DNA of 34,760 bases from Bacteroidia bacterium (GCA_029253325.1 JAQWZS010000002.1:1-34760); one strand, 5' to 3'. Shown: positions 25,198 to 33,343, counted from the stretch's first letter. Translations and numbers: made by a program. The notes: generated by a model not told the origin, from the letters alone.

Positions 25198-27702
25198 ATG
25201 ACTTTGAAAAAAAACATAGGATTATTTTTAGGGATAATATTATCCCTAAATCTGAATGCTCAATTTGTGGATAGTACAAAAATAATTGTTGACTTTGAGA
25301 AGCCTGTTAAATACAATGTAGAAGCTATTACAATCAGTGGGAACGATTATACTCCAGATGGTTTAATTCTGCTTACCTCGGGTTTAAAAGTGGGTCAATC
25401 AATTACGATACCTGGTGATGACACCAAACAAGCAATAAGTAAATTGTGGAAGAGAAAGTTATTTAGTGATATAGAAATTGGGTTGGTTAAGGCCAAGAAT
25501 GGCAATATTTCTATCAATATTTCTGTGGTTGAACGACCTGCACTATCTAAGTATTCTATCAAAGGACTTAAAAAATCTGAGACAAATAATGTTAGGGATG
25601 AGATTTCTCTTCAGACAAACCAACTCATTACAGAGGATCTCATTAATAAAACTAAATCAGAGATTCTTGATTACTTTTATGAAAAAGGCTTTTATGGAGT
25701 AAAGACTTCCATAACCAGAGAGGCAGACCCCAAAAAACCCAATTTTCAGATTTTAAGAATAGCTATTGATCGGGGTAAAAAAGTGAAAATGCAAGATTTG
25801 GTTTTTGTGGGTAATGAAAATATATCAAGCAAAAAACTTCGAAAAATCATCAAGCCAAAACGACGGAATAAAAAGTATAATTTCTTTGCTACTTCAAAAT
25901 TTGTTCAAGATGAGTTTGAAGAAACGAAATCGGGTATTGTTCAAGCATACAGCACTTTGGGTTATCGAGATGCATACTTAATGTATGACTCCATTCAACA
26001 AATTTCAGAAGATAGAGTAGTTGTGAAAATTGGGATCAACGAGGGTAAAAAGTATTTCTTTAGAAACATTTCATGGGTTGGAAATACTAAGTACAGGACA
26101 TCTTTATTAGATACATTACTGGGTATTAAAGCCGGAGATGTTTACGATCAATCAAAATTAGAAAGCAAGCTTTTCATGAGTGAGAATGGATTTGATGTGT
26201 CGAGTTTGTATATGGACGATGGGTATTTGTTTTTTAATGTTAACCCAGTAGAGGTTTTAGTGGAGAACGATAGCATTGATTTGGAGATGAGAATTTATGA
26301 AGGGAAGCAAGCTACAGTGAATCGCGTGAGTATAGTTGGTAATGATAAAACAAGCGACTATGTAGCCTTGCGTGTTATACGAACACGACCTGGAGATAAA
26401 TTCAGTAGATCTGATATACAACGAAGCATGCGAGAACTTGCTCAGTTAGGGTTTTTTGATCCTGAAGGTTTAGATGTTAATCCTATGCCTAACCCTCAGA
26501 ATGGAACAGTAGATATTGAGTATAAGGTAGTTGAAAAGCCAAGTGATCAAATAGAAGCGTCCGGTGGCTGGGGAGGCTTTGGAGGATTTGTTGGGACATT
26601 GGGGTTAACACTCAATAATTTTAGTTCTCGAAAAGTTTTTCAAAAAGGAGGTTGGGATCCAATACCTTCTGGAGATGGACAACGATTGTCTTTGAGAATT
26701 CAAAGTAATGGTCCGCAATATCAAGGGTATAACTTCTCATTTAGTGAGCCTTGGTTAGGGGGTAAAAAACCCAATTCTCTAAGTGTGAGTATTTTTCATA
26801 ATGTTCAATCTACCTTTCAGTTTAGTAGCGATCGACCTAAATTTACCACTACAGGAGGTAGTATTGCTTTTGGTAAACAACTCAAGTTTCCAGATGATTA
26901 TTTCTCCTTTAGTACCTCACTTACCTACCAGCGATATGGTTTAAAAAATTGGACATCATTTGGTGCTTCGGAGCTTGGTTTTACAAATGGTAATGCAAAT
27001 AATATTAGCATAACAACTACACTCTCTAGAAACAGTACCAACCATCCGATATATCCGACGGAAGGAAGTTCGTTTATGGCAAGTTTCCAATTCACACCGC
27101 CGTATTCACTGATTTCGGGCAAAGATTTTTCTGACCCTACAATGTCACCACAAGAACGATTCCGATGGATAGAACTTGCCAAAACGAAATTTAATGGACA
27201 ATGGTTTTTAGGCATGGGTACGGGTAAACGAAAATTTGTAATCTCACCATCATATAGATTTGGAGCAGTATCCATTTGGAATGAAGATGTTGGGTATTCA
27301 CCGTTCGAATTGTTTCGAGTTGGGGGTAGCGGATTATCTAATTTTGTGCTTTACGGGACAGATATAGTCTCCCAAAGAGGATACGATGAAGGTAGAATTA
27401 GTGATCCTTTAAATGGTCAGCAAGGACTCCCTATTTATACAAAATATTCATTAGAACTCAGATATCCACTAACTGTTGGTCAATCTTCTACCATCTATGC
27501 TCAGACATTTTTAGAGGCCGGAAATGCTTTTAGAAGTATACAGGAGTTTAGTCCTTTTGACGTAAGAAGAGCTGCTGGAGTTGGGGTGCGTCTGTTCCTC
27601 CCAATGTTTGGTCTTTTAGGAGTGGATTATGCATGGGCATTAGATCAAGGATTCAGAGACGAACCTTCTCAATTTCACTTCTTTATAGGTCAGCAGTTTT
27701 AA
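25198..27702 (+). CDS. bamA: outer membrane protein assembly factor BamA
   Basis: Has a signal peptide (MTLKKNIGLFLGIILSLNLNAQ), POTRA-like repeats (I.I.GN......I, VGNTKYRTSLLDTLLGIKAGDVYD, VSIVGNDKTSDYVALRVIRTRPGDKFS), a C-terminal Omp85 barrel and a terminal F (FFIGQQF). I moved the start to the ATG at 25198, directly after the uppS stop. Confidence 0.92.
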   Translation: MTLKKNIGLFLGIILSLNLNAQFVDSTKIIVDFEKPVKYNVEAITISGNDYTPDGLILLTSGLKVGQSITIPGDDTKQAISKLWKRKLFSDIEIGLVKAKNGNISINISVVERPALSKYSIKGLKKSETNNVRDEISLQTNQLITEDLINKTKSEILDYFYEKGFYGVKTSITREADPKKPNFQILRIAIDRGKKVKMQDLVFVGNENISSKKLRKIIKPKRRNKKYNFFATSKFVQDEFEETKSGIVQAYSTLGYRDAYLMYDSIQQISEDRVVVKIGINEGKKYFFRNISWVGNTKYRTSLLDTLLGIKAGDVYDQSKLESKLFMSENGFDVSSLYMDDGYLFFNVNPVEVLVENDSIDLEMRIYEGKQATVNRVSIVGNDKTSDYVALRVIRTRPGDKFSRSDIQRSMRELAQLGFFDPEGLDVNPMPNPQNGTVDIEYKVVEKPSDQIEASGGWGGFGGFVGTLGLTLNNFSSRKVFQKGGWDPIPSGDGQRLSLRIQSNGPQYQGYNFSFSEPWLGGKKPNSLSVSIFHNVQSTFQFSSDRPKFTTTGGSIAFGKQLKFPDDYFSFSTSLTYQRYGLKNWTSFGASELGFTNGNANNISITTTLSRNSTNHPIYPTEGSSFMASFQFTPPYSLISGKDFSDPTMSPQERFRWIELAKTKFNGQWFLGMGTGKRKFVISPSYRFGAVSIWNEDVGYSPFELFRVGGSGLSNFVLYGTDIVSQRGYDEGRISDPLNGQQGLPIYTKYSLELRYPLTVGQSSTIYAQTFLEAGNAFRSIQEFSPFDVRRAAGVGVRLFLPMFGLLGVDYAWALDQGFRDEPSQFHFFIGQQF

Positions 27703-28084
27703 GAGGTTCTATCTTCTCATTGAAGAAAGAAACCAAAATATGAGCAGATTTTTGATTAGTGGCTAATGGAACATTGTGTACATCACACAACCTTAGTAGC
27801 ATAGATATATCTACATCATGTGGGTGTTTATCTAGTGGATCTCTGAAAAATATTATTGCATCCATCTCTCCTCGTGTCACCATAGCACCAATCTCTGCGT
27901 CACCACCAAGAGGTCCAGATGCAACACGCTGAATATGGCTTACCCCTGCATCCATAATCATTTTCCCTGTGGTCCCAGTCGCAATTAAGGTTAATTCTTT
28001 TCGCTTGAAAAAATCCATTCGTTGTAAAACAAAAGAGACTAAATCAGCTTTCTTACCGTCATGGGCAATTAATGCAATGTTCAT
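27683..28084 (-). CDS. mgsA: methylglyoxal synthase
   Basis: MNIALIAHDGKKADLVSF...LIATGTTG...SGPLGGDAEIGAMV..GEMDAIIFFRDPL..HPHDVDI..LLRLCDVHNVPLATN. Its 3' end overlaps the bamA 3' end by 20 nt. Confidence 0.92.
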   Translation of the reverse strand: MNIALIAHDGKKADLVSFVLQRMDFFKRKELTLIATGTTGKMIMDAGVSHIQRVASGPLGGDAEIGAMVTRGEMDAIIFFRDPLDKHPHDVDISMLLRLCDVHNVPLATNQKSAHILVSFFNEKIEPLKTADL

Positions 28085-28087
28085 TTG

Positions 28088-28744
28088 TTATGATATAAAT
28101 TCTTTAAAATATTCTGTTTTGAGGAGTGAGGCAATTTTATACCGTTCATCCTTTGTATCTTGATATAGAGCATCTAATGTTTCGTAAACATGGTCTAACC
28201 CAATTTCTTGGCTCCATTCAAAAGGTCCTTTTGGATATGCTGTACCTAGTTTCATCCCCAAATCAATATCCTTTTTACTTGCAGTACCTTCTTGGACGGT
28301 GTAATATGCTTCATTAATTATCATGCAAATAATTCTGGGGGTTACAAGTCCAACACGACTTTTTACAAAGCGATGTTCCAGTTTTAATTGATTGAAAAAA
28401 TCACTTGCAATAATTTTATCCTGGTCATTAATAGCACAACATTCGATGACCTTTCGGTTGATAAATGTAGGCAATGTATTCATCCCGACAATAGTACACG
28501 ATGGATAGCTCCCTAGTTCTGCATATAACTCCTCCAATTGTATTTTAACAGAACCAACAATTATAAGTTTTCCCTTTGCCTGATGATAAATTTCTATTTG
28601 TTCGGGACTATCGTCAAAATCGAGATCAAAAATGACATCGTACGTGTCAATTTCACTAATTTTGAATGAAATTAATGAATGTTCAGAAATGAGGTTTTTC
28701 AGTTCTTCAACTTGATTTACCTGACCTTTAACTGCGATTTTCAT
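28088..28744 (-). CDS. 3-hydroxyacyl-CoA dehydrogenase-fold protein with a degenerate N-terminal (NAD) domain
   Basis: The C-terminal domain is clear: GLVTPRIICMIINEAYYTVQEGTASKKDIDLGMKLGTAYPKGPFEWSQEIGLDHVYETLDALY. The N-terminus MKIAVKGQVNQ lacks GxGxxG. I moved the start from 28888 to the ATG at 28744, because a TACATTTG box lies at 28751-28758 and the longer form would overlap ridA on the other strand. Confidence 0.7.
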   Translation of the reverse strand: MKIAVKGQVNQVEELKNLISEHSLISFKISEIDTYDVIFDLDFDDSPEQIEIYHQAKGKLIIVGSVKIQLEELYAELGSYPSCTIVGMNTLPTFINRKVIECCAINDQDKIIASDFFNQLKLEHRFVKSRVGLVTPRIICMIINEAYYTVQEGTASKKDIDLGMKLGTAYPKGPFEWSQEIGLDHVYETLDALYQDTKDERYKIASLLKTEYFKEFIS

Positions 28745-28750
28745 TAAAAG

Positions 28751-28758
28751 CAAATGTA
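28751..28758 (-). promoter_or_regulatory. -7 promoter box (TACATTTG) for the HAD-fold gene / mgsA operon
   Basis: Plus strand reads caaatgta. Only 6 nt separate the box from the ATG at 28744, implying a leaderless or near-leaderless transcript. Confidence 0.45.
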
Positions 28759-28776
28759 GACTACAATTATAAGAAC

Positions 28777-29154
28777 ATGAAAAAAATAATAAACACATCA
28801 AATGCACCAGCGGCCATTGGGCCCTACAGTCAGGCAGTTCTTGCCAATGATACACTCTATTGTAGTGGACAGATTGCATTAGATCCACTCAGTGGAGAAT
28901 TAGTGTTAGCTTCAATCGAAGAAGAAACCGAACAGGTTATGAAGAATATAGAAGCAGTTTTGTCTGCTGCTAAGATGAAATTTGAACATGTGGTGAAATG
29001 TAGCATATTCATGTCTTCAATGGAACACTACAATGAAATTAATGAGGTTTACGCCCGTTATTTTACGACTAATCCCCCAGCCAGAGAAGCAGTAGCTGTT
29101 AAAACATTACCCAAAAGTGTGAATGTAGAAATAAGTGTGATTGCTTGTAAGTAG
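28777..29154 (+). CDS. ridA: RidA family reactive enamine/imine deaminase (YjgF/YER057c/UK114)
   Basis: INTSNAPAAIGPYSQAV...LYCSGQIALDP.SGELV; ARYF....PAREAVAV..LPK...VEI. 125 aa. Confidence 0.9.
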   Translation: MKKIINTSNAPAAIGPYSQAVLANDTLYCSGQIALDPLSGELVLASIEEETEQVMKNIEAVLSAAKMKFEHVVKCSIFMSSMEHYNEINEVYARYFTTNPPAREAVAVKTLPKSVNVEISVIACK

Positions 29155-29161
29155 GGGTATC

Positions 29162-29189
29162 AAAAAAGCCCCAATATGGTGGGGCTTTG
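29162..29189. terminator. bidirectional rho-independent terminator shared by ridA (+) and tRNA-Phe (-)
   Basis: Stem aaagcccca / tggggcttt (9 bp) with a 6-nt loop. It is flanked by an A6 run on one side (a T-run for the minus-strand transcript) and tttgt on the other. Confidence 0.7.
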
Positions 29190-29262
29190 TGGTGTGGGGC
29201 GGGATCGAACCGCCGACACAAGGATTTTCAGTCCTTTGCTCTACCAACTGAGCTACCGCACC
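29190..29262 (-). tRNA. tRNA-Phe (anticodon GAA)
   Basis: The reverse complement folds as GGTGCGG-TA-GCTC-AGTTGGTA-GAGC-A-AAGGA-CTGAAAA-TCCTT-GTGTC-GGCGG-TTCGATC-CCGCC-CCACACC-A. The acceptor stem has one C5-A68 mismatch. CCA is not encoded. Confidence 0.9.
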
Positions 29263-29391
29263 TACTTTTATGTATAACCTTTGTTTGAATTGTTTTCCTA
29301 CAAAAGCGGCTGCAAAAATAAGAGGATTGTTTTAATATGGAAACTATTTGTGATGTAGATATTTAAAATAAATCTAACTCATCATTTATTC

Positions 29392-29399
29392 TATTTTTG
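29392..29399 (+). promoter_or_regulatory. -7 promoter box (TATTTTTG) for the Fe-S oxidoreductase pair
   Basis: Exact TAnnTTTG match 12 nt upstream of the ATG at 29412. It overlaps the ORF-track TTG start at 29397. Confidence 0.45.
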
Positions 29400-29411
29400 A
29401 ACTTCATCAAG

Positions 29412-30716
29412 ATGCAGTATATCGAACAATTACTATTTGTTATCGTACTGGGGGTTGCCCTCTGCTTTTTTATCAAAAAGATAAAACAAATTCGAAGAAA
29501 TATCTTCCTTGGGAAAGATGAAACTATCAACGATCAAAAAGCTGAACGCTGGAAGGTTATGGCGAAAGTTGCTCTTGGACAGAGCAAAATGGTTGTTAGA
29601 CCTGTTGCTGGCTTTTTCCATATTCTCATCTATATTGGGTTTATATTAATCAATATTGAGGTCTTGGAAATTCTTATTGATGGTGTTGCAGGCACACATC
29701 GTTCATTATCATTTTTAGGTTCAATTTATAATACGGCTATTGGTTTTTTTGAAATTCTAGCCGTACTCGTATTTGTAGCGTGTATTGTCTTTCTAGCTCG
29801 AAGATTTATTGTTAGAATACCCCGATTCCATTCTCCAGAAATGAAAGGGTGGGCAACTAAAGATGCCACGTATATTCTCATCATCGAAATTGTTTTGATG
29901 GTTGCCTTATTGAAGATGAATGCAGTAGATCAATTACTACAAGCAAGAGGAGCTGATCATTACATAGCTGCAGGTAGTTTCCCTGTGTCTCAATATCTGA
30001 CGGGATTTTTCTCAAATTACAGTACTGAAACTTTAGTTGTGTTTGAACGGGTGTTTTGGTGGTTTCATATTTTAGGGATATTATTCTTTTTAAACTATGT
30101 GCCTTACAGTAAGCATTTACATATCTTTTTAGCTTTCCCAAATACATGGTATAGCCGGTTAAGTCCAGCGGGTGAGTTCCAGAATATGCCAGAGATTACC
30201 AATGAGGTTAATATGATGCTTGACCCATCAAAGGCAGACCCCAATATGCCCCCTCCTGAAAAATTTGGGGTGAATGATGTGACTGATTTAAGTTGGAAAA
30301 ATCTATTGGATGCATACTCTTGTACAGAATGTGGAAGATGTACAAGTTCTTGTCCTGCTAATATCACAGGTAAGAAATTAAGCCCACGAAAGATTATGAT
30401 GGACACACGTGATCGAGCCGAAGAGTTAGGTAAGGCAAAAGACAATAACGGGCCTGATTATCATGATGGGAAATCATTGCATGATTTAATTTCTCAGGAA
30501 GAATTATTGGCTTGTACAACATGCAATGCTTGTGTAGAAGCATGTCCAATCAATATTAATCCCGTTGATATTATTTTTGGGATGCGTCAGTATCAAACGC
30601 TCGAAAAATCGGCAATGCCATCAGAATGGGCAATGATGAATAGCAATATTGAGAATAACCAAGCACCTTGGCAATTTTCACCGACAGATCGAGCCAATTG
30701 GTCGAAAGAAATTTAA
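29412..30716 (+). CDS. integral-membrane (Fe-S)-binding protein: five TM helices fused to a 2x[4Fe-4S] ferredoxin domain (HdrE/DsrM-plus-ferredoxin-like)
   Basis: Hydrophobic helices by eye: LLFVIVLGVALCFFI; VAGFFHILIYIGFILINIEVLEILI; IGFFEILAVLVFVACIVFLA; ATYILIIEIVLMVALLKM; VFWWFHILGILFFLNYV. His residues lie in or near helices 2 and 5 (FFHIL; WFHIL; SKHLH). Two cluster motifs: CTECGRCTSSCP and CTTCNACVEACP. Confidence 0.8.
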   Translation: MQYIEQLLFVIVLGVALCFFIKKIKQIRRNIFLGKDETINDQKAERWKVMAKVALGQSKMVVRPVAGFFHILIYIGFILINIEVLEILIDGVAGTHRSLSFLGSIYNTAIGFFEILAVLVFVACIVFLARRFIVRIPRFHSPEMKGWATKDATYILIIEIVLMVALLKMNAVDQLLQARGADHYIAAGSFPVSQYLTGFFSNYSTETLVVFERVFWWFHILGILFFLNYVPYSKHLHIFLAFPNTWYSRLSPAGEFQNMPEITNEVNMMLDPSKADPNMPPPEKFGVNDVTDLSWKNLLDAYSCTECGRCTSSCPANITGKKLSPRKIMMDTRDRAEELGKAKDNNGPDYHDGKSLHDLISQEELLACTTCNACVEACPININPVDIIFGMRQYQTLEKSAMPSEWAMMNSNIENNQAPWQFSPTDRANWSKEI

Positions 30717-30730
30717 AATAAGATTATTCA

Positions 30731-31522
30731 ATGAGCGAAAAAATAAGTGTACCGACAGTTGCAGAACTTATTGCCAAGGGCGAAAAACCAGACGTACTTT
30801 TTTGGGTAGGTTGTGCAGGGAGTTTTGATGAGCGTGCCCAAAAAGTGACGAAAGCTTTTGTTAAAATATTACACCATGTAGGGTTAAAATATGCCATTCT
30901 TGGAACAGAAGAAAGCTGCACAGGAGATCCAGCTAAACGAGCAGGAAATGAGTTTTTATTCCAAATGCAGGCAATGGCAAATATTGCTACACTTAACGCC
31001 TATGAAATTTCAAAAATTGTAACCACATGCCCGCATTGTTTTAATACTATTAAAAATGAATACCCTAGTCTCGGTGGAAACTATGAGGTTATTCATCACA
31101 CTCAATTATTACAAGAGCTAATTGATGAGGGTAAATTAACCTTTGGGGAAGAACCGTTCAAAGGAAGAAAAATAACCTATCACGACAGCTGTTACCTTGG
31201 ACGGGCTAATGGAGTATATGATGCACCACGAAAAATTTTGGAGGCCTTAGATGCTGAATTGGTCGAAATGAAACGATGCCGAAAGAATGGCTTGTGTTGT
31301 GGTGCTGGAGGTGCTCAAATGTTCAAAGATGCTGAACAAGGTAGTAAGGAAATTAATATCGAACGAACAGAGGAAGCCATTGATACTGGAGCTGAAATCA
31401 TATCGGCTAACTGTCCGTTTTGTACGACTATGATTAGAGACGGTGTTAAACACGCTGAAAAAGAGGATAAAGTAGAAGTGCTGGATTTAGCCGAGTTGGT
31501 TGTTCAAGCAAAAGATTTATAG
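30731..31522 (+). CDS. (Fe-S)-binding protein with two cysteine-rich CCG domains (HdrD/GlpC/DsrK C-terminal type)
   Basis: VLFWVGCAGSFD; ESCTGDPAKRAGN; TTCPHCFNT; YHDSCYLGR; NGLCCGAGG; ANCPFCTTM. It starts 14 nt after the preceding gene. Confidence 0.8.
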   Translation: MSEKISVPTVAELIAKGEKPDVLFWVGCAGSFDERAQKVTKAFVKILHHVGLKYAILGTEESCTGDPAKRAGNEFLFQMQAMANIATLNAYEISKIVTTCPHCFNTIKNEYPSLGGNYEVIHHTQLLQELIDEGKLTFGEEPFKGRKITYHDSCYLGRANGVYDAPRKILEALDAELVEMKRCRKNGLCCGAGGAQMFKDAEQGSKEINIERTEEAIDTGAEIISANCPFCTTMIRDGVKHAEKEDKVEVLDLAELVVQAKDL

Positions 31523-31526
31523 ATTC

Positions 31527-32621
31527 CTAAGAATTAGAACAGGAAATTACCTCATATTTATTGTTCGAGGTAATAGTTTTTACTGAGCCAAATAGTTTAA
31601 TTAAATGTGTGGAGTAGTTTAGGTGAGTATTTGCTACAATCATCATGGTACCACTTTCAGCCAAATATTTTTTAGCATTTTTAAATAGATTCAAAGCAAT
31701 TTCAATCGTGTTTTCAAATTCAAAATGAAATGGAGGGTTGCAGACAATTAAATTAAATTTCTCATTGGTTTTAATTTGAAGATCATTTTTCCAATGAAAG
31801 TAAGAATTATCTTTGGGTAGGTTTAATTTGGCAGAACTGATAGCTAGAAAATTATCGTCGATAAGATGGATGCTACACTTTGGGTTTTGTTTTCGAATAT
31901 AGGCAGCCACAACTCCATTGCCACATGCCAAATCCATGATTGTATCATGATCATTTATTTCTGGCAAAGACTCAAGAAGTAGCAGTGTACCAAAATCGAT
32001 TTTTTTATTTGAAAATACTCCAGGATATTGTTTTATAGTTAGCCCTAAGTCATTTTCAATTGCATGAAAATTTAATTGATTTTGGATGTTTTTTTTAGGA
32101 CATTTTAGTATGAGTAATCGAGCTTTTTTCTTGGCTTTACTTTGCGATACATCTTCAAAATAATGTTCGGCTATATCAATCATTTTAGGTGTAAAATTTC
32201 GAGTCATAAAACCACATAAAATGATAGAGTTAGCATTCGATGATTGGTGAACATTCTTAATATAAAACTCAAATAAAGCCATTGATTTTGGAATTTTAAT
32301 AAGACCTAAGTCATTAGTTCCGTTAGACTTTAATGGATTATTCCAATGAATATTGTTAGCTGGGATTTTATTGATCTCAAAATTGTTTTTGATAGCTTTC
32401 AGTTGGGAGTTTAATAGAACGATATTAAGGGGGTGATAGGAATTTAGGGCACAAGCTAATGCCCCATATGTGTCATGACATAGCGTTATTTTCTTTTCGA
32501 CCAGTTCATACTCATTAATCTCTGAGAGAATCAACTCATCAATAGCACTCCAGGCTCTTAAGGATTTATTTTTTGTTTTGGGATAGCGTTCTAAATCCCA
32601 TTTTTTTTGATCAAACTGCAT
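31527..32621 (-). CDS. rlmG: class I SAM-dependent rRNA (guanine-N2)-methyltransferase, RlmG/RsmC family
   Basis: Two-domain size of ~364 aa; N-terminal WDLERYPKT...LRAWSAIDELIL resembles RlmG; SAM motif IMDLACGNGVVAAYI; catalytic LIVCNPPFH. I moved the start to M7 (32621) because a TAATTTTG box at 32637-32644 overlaps the longer start. Confidence 0.7.
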   Translation of the reverse strand: MQFDQKKWDLERYPKTKNKSLRAWSAIDELILSEINEYELVEKKITLCHDTYGALACALNSYHPLNIVLLNSQLKAIKNNFEINKIPANNIHWNNPLKSNGTNDLGLIKIPKSMALFEFYIKNVHQSSNANSIILCGFMTRNFTPKMIDIAEHYFEDVSQSKAKKKARLLILKCPKKNIQNQLNFHAIENDLGLTIKQYPGVFSNKKIDFGTLLLLESLPEINDHDTIMDLACGNGVVAAYIRKQNPKCSIHLIDDNFLAISSAKLNLPKDNSYFHWKNDLQIKTNEKFNLIVCNPPFHFEFENTIEIALNLFKNAKKYLAESGTMMIVANTHLNYSTHLIKLFGSVKTITSNNKYEVISCSNS

Positions 32622-32636
32622 GCACTTTTCTGCATA

Positions 32637-32644
32637 CAAAATTA
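32637..32644 (-). promoter_or_regulatory. -7 promoter box (TAATTTTG) for the rlmG-like gene
   Basis: Plus strand reads caaaatta, 15 nt upstream of the ATG at 32621. Confidence 0.4.
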
Positions 32645-32671
32645 AGGGTAAATCTACCTAGTTTATTGTTG

Positions 32672-33262
32672 CTAAGAGGTTAGGTCTAATATTACTTCAT
32701 ACTTTTCGTTCATTACGACAGAATATTCGAACCGTTTTAAACTGCTAGTTCTTTTGTATACAACAAGGAGACCTTCCTTAAATTTTAGTGTAGTAACGAG
32801 TTTACCTTCTGTATTGTAGAACTTACTTTGTCCATGGATAACCCATTTTTTATAACGAGGTCTTTTATCTTTACTCATTCTCTCAAATTTTTTGTGCGAA
32901 AATTTACCATGGTCTGCTGATTTTTCATGGTACAGCTTTATGCACTTATCTGTCCATAGTAATCTTGGGATGAGATGAATTTCTCCAAAATCTAGTTCTT
33001 TTTGATCAAAGTCAGCTATGATTTTATAGGAATAGAATTCAAACGAACGAATGGTGATACTTTTTATGTCATTTTTAATTTGAATAGAAAATGTACCATC
33101 TGTATTGGGTTTAAAAACATGTGTGTCATTTATAAAAATCTCAGCATCAGAGACAATTCTACCATATTGGTTGTACAATGTCCCAGAAATATTGGAATCT
33201 GCAGATACCCATGAACTCACAACCATTAAAACAATCAGCGATATTGACCCTCTTATTCTCAT
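32672..33262 (-). CDS. hypothetical secreted protein (CarboxypepD_reg-like N-domain, MORN-variant-like C-region)
   Basis: Has a signal peptide (ISLIVLMVVSSWVSAD). ISGTLYNQYGRIVSDAEIFINDTHVFKPNTDGTFSI looks like a carboxypeptidase-regulatory-like beta-sandwich. WVIHGQSKFYNTEGKLVTTLKFKEGLL resembles a MORN-variant repeat. Confidence 0.5.
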   Translation of the reverse strand: MRIRGSISLIVLMVVSSWVSADSNISGTLYNQYGRIVSDAEIFINDTHVFKPNTDGTFSIQIKNDIKSITIRSFEFYSYKIIADFDQKELDFGEIHLIPRLLWTDKCIKLYHEKSADHGKFSHKKFERMSKDKRPRYKKWVIHGQSKFYNTEGKLVTTLKFKEGLLVVYKRTSSLKRFEYSVVMNEKYEVILDLTS

Positions 33263-33343
33263 ACTACGAAAGTAGAATAACCAACATCCTCAAATTATGA
33301 TAAAAGTCATAAATCGATGTGATATATGACAAGAATTAGTGGT

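Noticed and set aside
28745-28888. 48-codon N-terminal extension of the HAD-fold gene, overlapping ridA on the opposite strand
   Set aside because: The extension (MDLMQSVHYNRVYHWQELPDCRAQWPLVHLMCLLFF...) has no family resemblance and would overlap 112 nt of ridA. A TACATTTG box lies between it and the internal ATG at 28744.
29313-29320. TATTTTTG box (plus strand caaaaata) as the tRNA-Phe promoter
   Set aside because: It matches the motif but lies ~50 nt upstream of the mature 5' end, farther than the other boxes. It is plausible but not well enough supported to list as a feature.
29263-29411. Possible riboswitch, ncRNA or small peptide in the 150-nt gap upstream of the Fe-S gene (likewise 34426-34581 and 7587-7714)
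   Set aside because: The sequences are AT-rich, with no extended complementary segments or conserved riboswitch cores that I can recognise. The only ORF is a 9-codon ATG...TAA. The gaps are adequately explained by divergent promoters.
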